From the human T2T-CHM13v2.0 reference genome, Homo sapiens, in NCBI RefSeq assembly GCF_009914755.1, contig NC_060926.1: a DNA stretch of 64,000 nt. The stretch is one strand, 5' to 3'. A program made the translations under genes and the position numbers. The notes beneath the pieces were generated by a model that was given only the letters and a program-made list of their open reading frames with translations, was not told the DNA's origin and did not search any database. Positions 58,226 to 64,000 of the stretch are shown here, piece after piece (position 1 is the first letter of the stretch; every line of letters begins with the position of its first letter).

Positions 58226-60314
58226 ACATGCTCACATGCCCAAATGGTTATGCTAAAGAAGTATGAAAGCAACTTCATGGATAATGGTTACAGCATATTT
58301 TACTTCCCTGGAATTCATAATTGGATTTTTTGCTTCATTTATAATTATTTGTTGTTGATGTGATTAAATAGCACAGGTGCCTCTATGAGAAAATAAAATA
58401 AAATAAAATATTTTGACATTAAATTGACATTTCTCGATTCAAGGAATGAACAGACTACTCTACTCTACTCTAATATTTAACAGATTAATTGTTGAGCTAG
58501 ATATCCAAGGTGGTTTGGGAAAGACAAGGTGGTTATATGTAGAATATGGGTAAACCATTCAACAAAGCAGAGTGAGGAAGCCTGCCAAGGTATGCGAGTA
58601 CCTCTTTAGCAGATGAATCAGAAACTTCTGTTTGCAGAGCTGTCAACATAGCCCCTCTCCTAAATACTAATTGCTTAACAGACAAGATATTAAGATCTTT
58701 AAAATAAGTGTTTCTTTGTCCTATATGTGTATTTATAAACATAGAACGGAAATCTCTACATGCAAAATATTTAGAGTTAGATGGTGTTGTAGGTAATTAG
58801 TGAGAAAGGCTGTATGTTTTCTCATCCACCTGCTGGTAGAAGCAGATGGTAGTTTATTTCTGCCCATGTGACCTACAGTTTCTTCAGGTTTACCACAATA
58901 CTATGACTATGGTAATATCATTGTTTCCTTCCCAAGTATGGTTAAATATCTGGTGTCTATAAATAGTTTGTTTTCCTTCTTTGCTTCACCAACCTTTTGA
59001 GAAGAAATGCAATGATATGGGTCTTGCCATGTGAAAAAAATTTAAATAATGCTTTTAGAAGCATATTTTCCCCTATAAGAACAGTTATATTTTTTGATAG
59101 AAAAAAATGCTATGATTTTTCAATCTTACAATGAGAAGGAACCCTTTGGGGTATACCTCCTGTTTGGTTTTAGCAAAGCACAAAACAAAACAAGCACAAT
59201 AAAATGCAGTGCTGTGCAGAGTCAACCCACAGCCATTAACACCCATCTCTAAGCTTTGTCTCATGCCTAGATATTTAGCTCTTCATTCTTTTATAACAAA
59301 GAATGTGTACTTTATAATTTTATTAGCTTCTTAAAGAAAACTGGATACATTGTGTTCATTCAGCACATTTCATTCGAGTATAGTATGTCCAAATAGAGTT
59401 AATTTTTACTTCTTTCCTTTAATTACCCTTACCTAGTTCTAAAAATTACATTAAAAGATAAAATGAAAAAGTACAAAGGACATTTTATGCAACATCTACT
59501 TAATCTTAGTACTCAAATGTGTTAATGAAACTAATAAGATGAAAATAATTCATGAAAAGATGCTAGATTATTGTTATAAAATCAGTACCTGATAGTCTTT
59601 TCTCTTTGGAAAACCCATTACAGTAGGAGATACAAACATTTGAAGCCTGCTACAGCTCAGATAATTGTCTAGTTGTTATTAGAGCAGCTTGTCTTTTCTT
59701 AAAAGCCTATTCTAGGTGATTTTTCTTGTTAACCCCCAGCATCACTTACTGTTAGTTTGTTTTAAGCTTTGCCAAGGCTCTTGAGTGAAGCCTTCCAAAG
59801 AGTTTATTTACATGTGGTGGGCAGGACTTGAAATGTTTTTTCACTAAGCTCTTCCTGATGTCTACAAATGTGGTTATTTTAATATCACACTTTTCAGACA
59901 TTTTAAATGAGCTTATTATATATATATTTTTTTAATAATGCATTGATGGTCAAGGCTTTTGGTTTCCTTCCTTTCATTGCATTAAAAGCTGTGCAATTAG
60001 CTGAAAAGGTAAATAAATTTAAAAATTCTAGTCTTCAATACACCCAGTATTGAAGACTCAGTGAATGACTCTCACAGGGCTATGTCTCACCTCTATTCAA
60101 GACCATGGACATATCCACTCGTTGTAATGTGTCTGTGCTTCCTCTTAGGATGGCAATACCTCGTTTTTTTTTTTTTTCCAAGGGCTATTTTGTAAGCCTA
60201 AAAAGATTGATGTAGAAATATTATAGAAAAATTACTGTGAACAAAAGCAAAATGTTAGTATTAAAATTAAGTGGCAGGTTAATTAAGTGTACACTAAATG
60301 CTTTGATGATTTGA

Positions 60315-60475
60315 AGCTTCTCTATCAAAATGTGCCCCTGGGATTAGCAGCACAGGCATCACCTGGGAGCTTGCTAAACACTCAGGATCCTACCCCAGAT
60401 TTACAGAATTGGATTTGCATTTCAGCAGTATTCTACGGGTGTTTAATATGCACATTAAACTTTAAAAAAGCAACT
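60315..60475. mobile_element. MER5-family (hAT-Charlie) element
   Basis: CAGCACAGGCATCACCTGGGAGCTTGCTAAA..CCCCAGATTTACAGAAT..TGCACATTAAACTTT. Confidence 0.75.
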
Positions 60476-61714
60476 TTTACACTAAAAAGCAACCCTGAGA
60501 ATTGCGTATGGTGATCTCAGTTCTACAGATAAGGAATCTGAGGCTCAGCGAGGCTAACTTGTACGACTTGAGAATGTAAGCTCAGGTCTGTTTGAAGCTC
60601 ACATTCGCACATTTCCACCACACTTTACTGCTTTCAGTGCACTGTAGCTAGTTTTTAAAGACAAGTGCAAAATTGTCACCTTTTTTTTCCTATTTTTACT
60701 AGGTTTTGACTATGCTGGCAACATTCTCCAGAAGGACTAACACAAATTCTGATGACAGTGAAGTCATGCATTGCTGAGGAAGACCAAGTTTGGTGGGAAG
60801 ATCAATAGCATAGATTTTTTGTGGCTTTGCACAGTTCTATTTTTGAATGCTTGGAGGATCTTATTTATTAGAGCATGTTTGCAGAAACTGTCTGTAAACA
60901 TCATCTTTTCTTTGTTAATATTTAACCCACCAACTCTTTCAAGCTTCCATCTTTTCCAGCCTCACAGTCCCACATGCTTTTTAATCCACTAATAGCACCA
61001 AACTGTCTCCATGGTGCAATAAAAGTCTTCTATTTTATGACTTCCTTGAATTACTACCCTAACTTATAATTTGCCAGATTTGTTTTTGCCTTCAAATCCC
61101 TTACTTCATTGTAACCACATGAAAAATGTTACACCCTGTACATTTTTCTCCCCAAAGTCTAATGCTTATTTTTAATATACTAATAGTTCTTGCCCAGAAT
61201 AATTTAGTCTTGCTGCCATCCAGAATGTTTTATTCACGATTCAAAAAAACTTTTAGAAAGTTCCTCTATAAAATATTGGAAAATATTTGAAGTAGCTCTA
61301 ATGACTATTGAAATTGAGTATACTTTAATTAGATTACATAATTTACAAAAATCCCCCAGTTTAGGGAAACAAGAAAAAAGTCAGATTGGCCATTTAGATG
61401 CTTTCCAGACTTACTTTTTAACGCTAACATGTTTCCAGAGGATTAATGCGCTGAGTTTCTGGAAGCCAAGGACATTTTTTTTTTGAGTGGCAACTGTAAA
61501 TACCTTGATTTTTATCCGAAACAAGTGAAACAGTGTGATTTCAGTTGGAGGTAATTTTATTTTTATTGTATTTATTTAAGTGCCAGAAGGCGGGGATGGG
61601 GTTAGTTTATAGCTTCCTGTCCTAAGGAAGGGGAGATAAACTTGTAAAAACAAAAAGTATGTAAGCATCAGTCTTCTCTCTTTTATCATAGCTCGAAGGG
61701 TTGACACCAGTCTT

Positions 61715-61750
61715 GTGTGTGTATGTGTGTGTGTGTGTGCGTGTGTGTGT
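61715..61750. repeat. (TG)n microsatellite, interrupted
   Basis: Direct reading. Confidence 0.95.
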
Positions 61751-62749
61751 AATAACAGATTAAGCAGAAGGAAAGGACAGTGCAGAAGTGATAGTGATGG
61801 GCAGTTCTCCCACTCACCATGAAGACCACAATTTATATAATAATTAAAGCACTTCCCAGTGGATCTATGTGTCTAGGACATCGTGGTCTCTGAAACAGAA
61901 TCTGATTAATACCTTTACATATTCCTTCTCTTGCATTGCCAACAATGCAGACTCTTCCAAAGTAGAAGAGCTGAGCAGGTAGTGAGTTGGTTTCAGGCAT
62001 GTATCTCTTAGCTTGGAACTTTTGTCCAAGATGCTAGGGGACTATGCCAATTTGTACACAATTGAACCAAACACAAATGCTCTCTGGATTTCTAACTAAG
62101 AAGGTTCAGAGCATGTAAGGCAGTGAATAGACAGGGCAGGGTCAAGTACTCTTCACCACATGTAAAGCAGCTGAGTTAGGCTATTGAATATAACAATATA
62201 CAGATTGAATTGCTGGAGAAAATGTGTTTTTGACCCCTTAGCTCGATATACCAAATAGGAAATACTGAGGAAAGTTGTCTCTTCTCATATCCATTATACT
62301 TCTGAAATAGTAAAGAAGACATAAAATACATTGATTTAGGAACAGAATTCCATTGACTGACCACTGTTATAATTTCAGTAGAAACCTTTTTTATTTTAGT
62401 TGATTTTACTAAATACTGATCATGCAGCTTGCATAGTTGCTGATATGTAGCAAATTCTCAGGAAAATTAGCTATCTTATTGTAAATAATAGTGATAAAAA
62501 TTTAGAATTTTTCAACATAAAATTGATCCCAATTATTGAGGAAAATATTGTCACAGTCTTTTAAGTAAGTTTCTCTTATAAGCCTGATAAAACATAATTC
62601 TTTGCTGGAAAACATAGTGTGGTTTTTAAATGGAAAATATTATAATGCTTTAAGAATACTTTGTTTGTATTGTAACATTTGAGATTTGTAAAACATATTC
62701 CATTGAATTTTATTCTTTCCAGAAAAACATAAAAATATAAAATGAAACT

Positions 62750-63870
62750 GGGACTTTTGCTTCAAGATGAATTAGACTGTCAGAAGAACACTTCCACTGA
62801 ATACTCCCAGAATATCTCTTTATAAGAGAGGTTATAAGGCATCAAAGACTTGAGTAGGCAAGATGGCAGAAAGAAGGAAAGAACAGAGAAGTGATCTTAA
62901 CCTTCAGCTCTGCTTTTACATTGGAGGTGTTTGCTAATTAGCAGGTACTGGCAAATAGGCCGAAAAGGTCAACAGAGTTTTCAGCACTTTTAGGTATACC
63001 CCAAAGGGCTACACCCTACTTGTGAGAGAAAACAAATGAAAGTTTTGCAAAGACCAAAACTGGGATTCAAAGCTGAGCATAATGTCAGATTGAATTAAAG
63101 TGATATGTCTGACAGAAGCAAAAGTAAATCCTCTCTGGAGATAGAGCACATTGCCTAGATCCTCAAATAATTTCTATGATTTTTTGTACAAAATATCCTG
63201 TAGTCAAGTAAAAATTAAAATGTACTAAGAGACAAGATGAAATGACCAGAAATTATGATAAAAATGAACAATAAAAACAATCCACTAGAAGTCTAGATAT
63301 TGGAGTTACTAGATGGAAATGTTAAAATAATCATAATTACAGTATTAAAAAATAGTGAGAAAAATTTTATCAGGTAATTTTTATTATAGAAAGGAATCAA
63401 ATGGATATACTCTGCTCAAACAATTAAATAACTAAATTTAGAAACCTCATAGATGCTTTTAATAATAGGGCAGATAAGCTAAAGGAAAGATGAATGCACG
63501 AGAAGAGAGGTCAGTAAAATGTATTGAAAGTGAAGCACAGGGGGAAAATATGCTTATTTCTGGAAAGAAGGTAAGAGACATCGATGACATTAAAAAAAAA
63601 AACACTAAGGTATGACATATGTGTGATTAGAATACTAGAAGGAGAATAAGAAGAGAAGGAAGTAACACTATTTGAAGAGATAACAGCTGAGATAAAAGGT
63701 ATAAAGAAATTTAACAAATATGATAAACCCCAGCCAGTTTGCATATAATAAAAAATGTATCTACAAAAATTAGAATAAAACTACTAAAAACCAAAGACAA
63801 AGAGAAAATCTTAAAAGTAGCTGGATGAAAAGGACAGATCAGAATTTCATGTACCAGAAACCTAAAAGTA
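62750..63870 (+). mobile_element. Ancient L1M 5' region / ORF1 remnant
   Basis: A-rich strand; AAAACCAAAGACAAAGAGAAAATCTTAAAAGTAGC encodes ORF1p-like KTKDKEKILK; TATTTGAAGAGATAACAGCTGAGA motif. Confidence 0.65.
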
Positions 63871-64000
63871 AATTTTTATTTTTTTCCCCCTGATATCCAC
63901 AGCTCTGGACTTAAGGCATCCTTCAACTTAGAAGTCAGCTCCAGAGGGAACACCAGGACATTTGCTCTAGTTTTAGCTTGAGTTGCAGAAGAGAAGGATC

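Overview
AT-rich primate (most likely hominoid, given AluY and L1PA2/L1PA3-type elements) intergenic or deep-intronic DNA. I recognise no host protein-coding gene, RNA gene or CRISPR-type array. Roughly half the window is interspersed repeats: L1s of several ages, Alus, MIR/L2, ERVL/MaLR LTRs, and the DNA transposons Tigger1, MER1B, MER45, MER53, MER75A and MER5. Most long ORFs in the track are broken L1 ORF1/ORF2 or Tigger1 transposase, or antisense shadows of these repeats. I found no evidence for a new biological system. The points of interest are structural: (i) a ~10 kb multi-layer nested transposon complex still bounded by its outer TSD; (ii) an apparently chimeric MLT2-LTR / MST-int / MST-LTR insertion; (iii) two young twin-primed L1s sharing a 223-bp perfectly identical inverted tract (probable gene conversion); (iv) two short locally templated insertions and a 117-bp tandem duplication; (v) a few unique-sequence candidates (hairpins, a possible exon, enhancer-like blocks). 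Subfamily names come from recalled consensus motifs, not a database search, and boundaries of old repeats are approximate.
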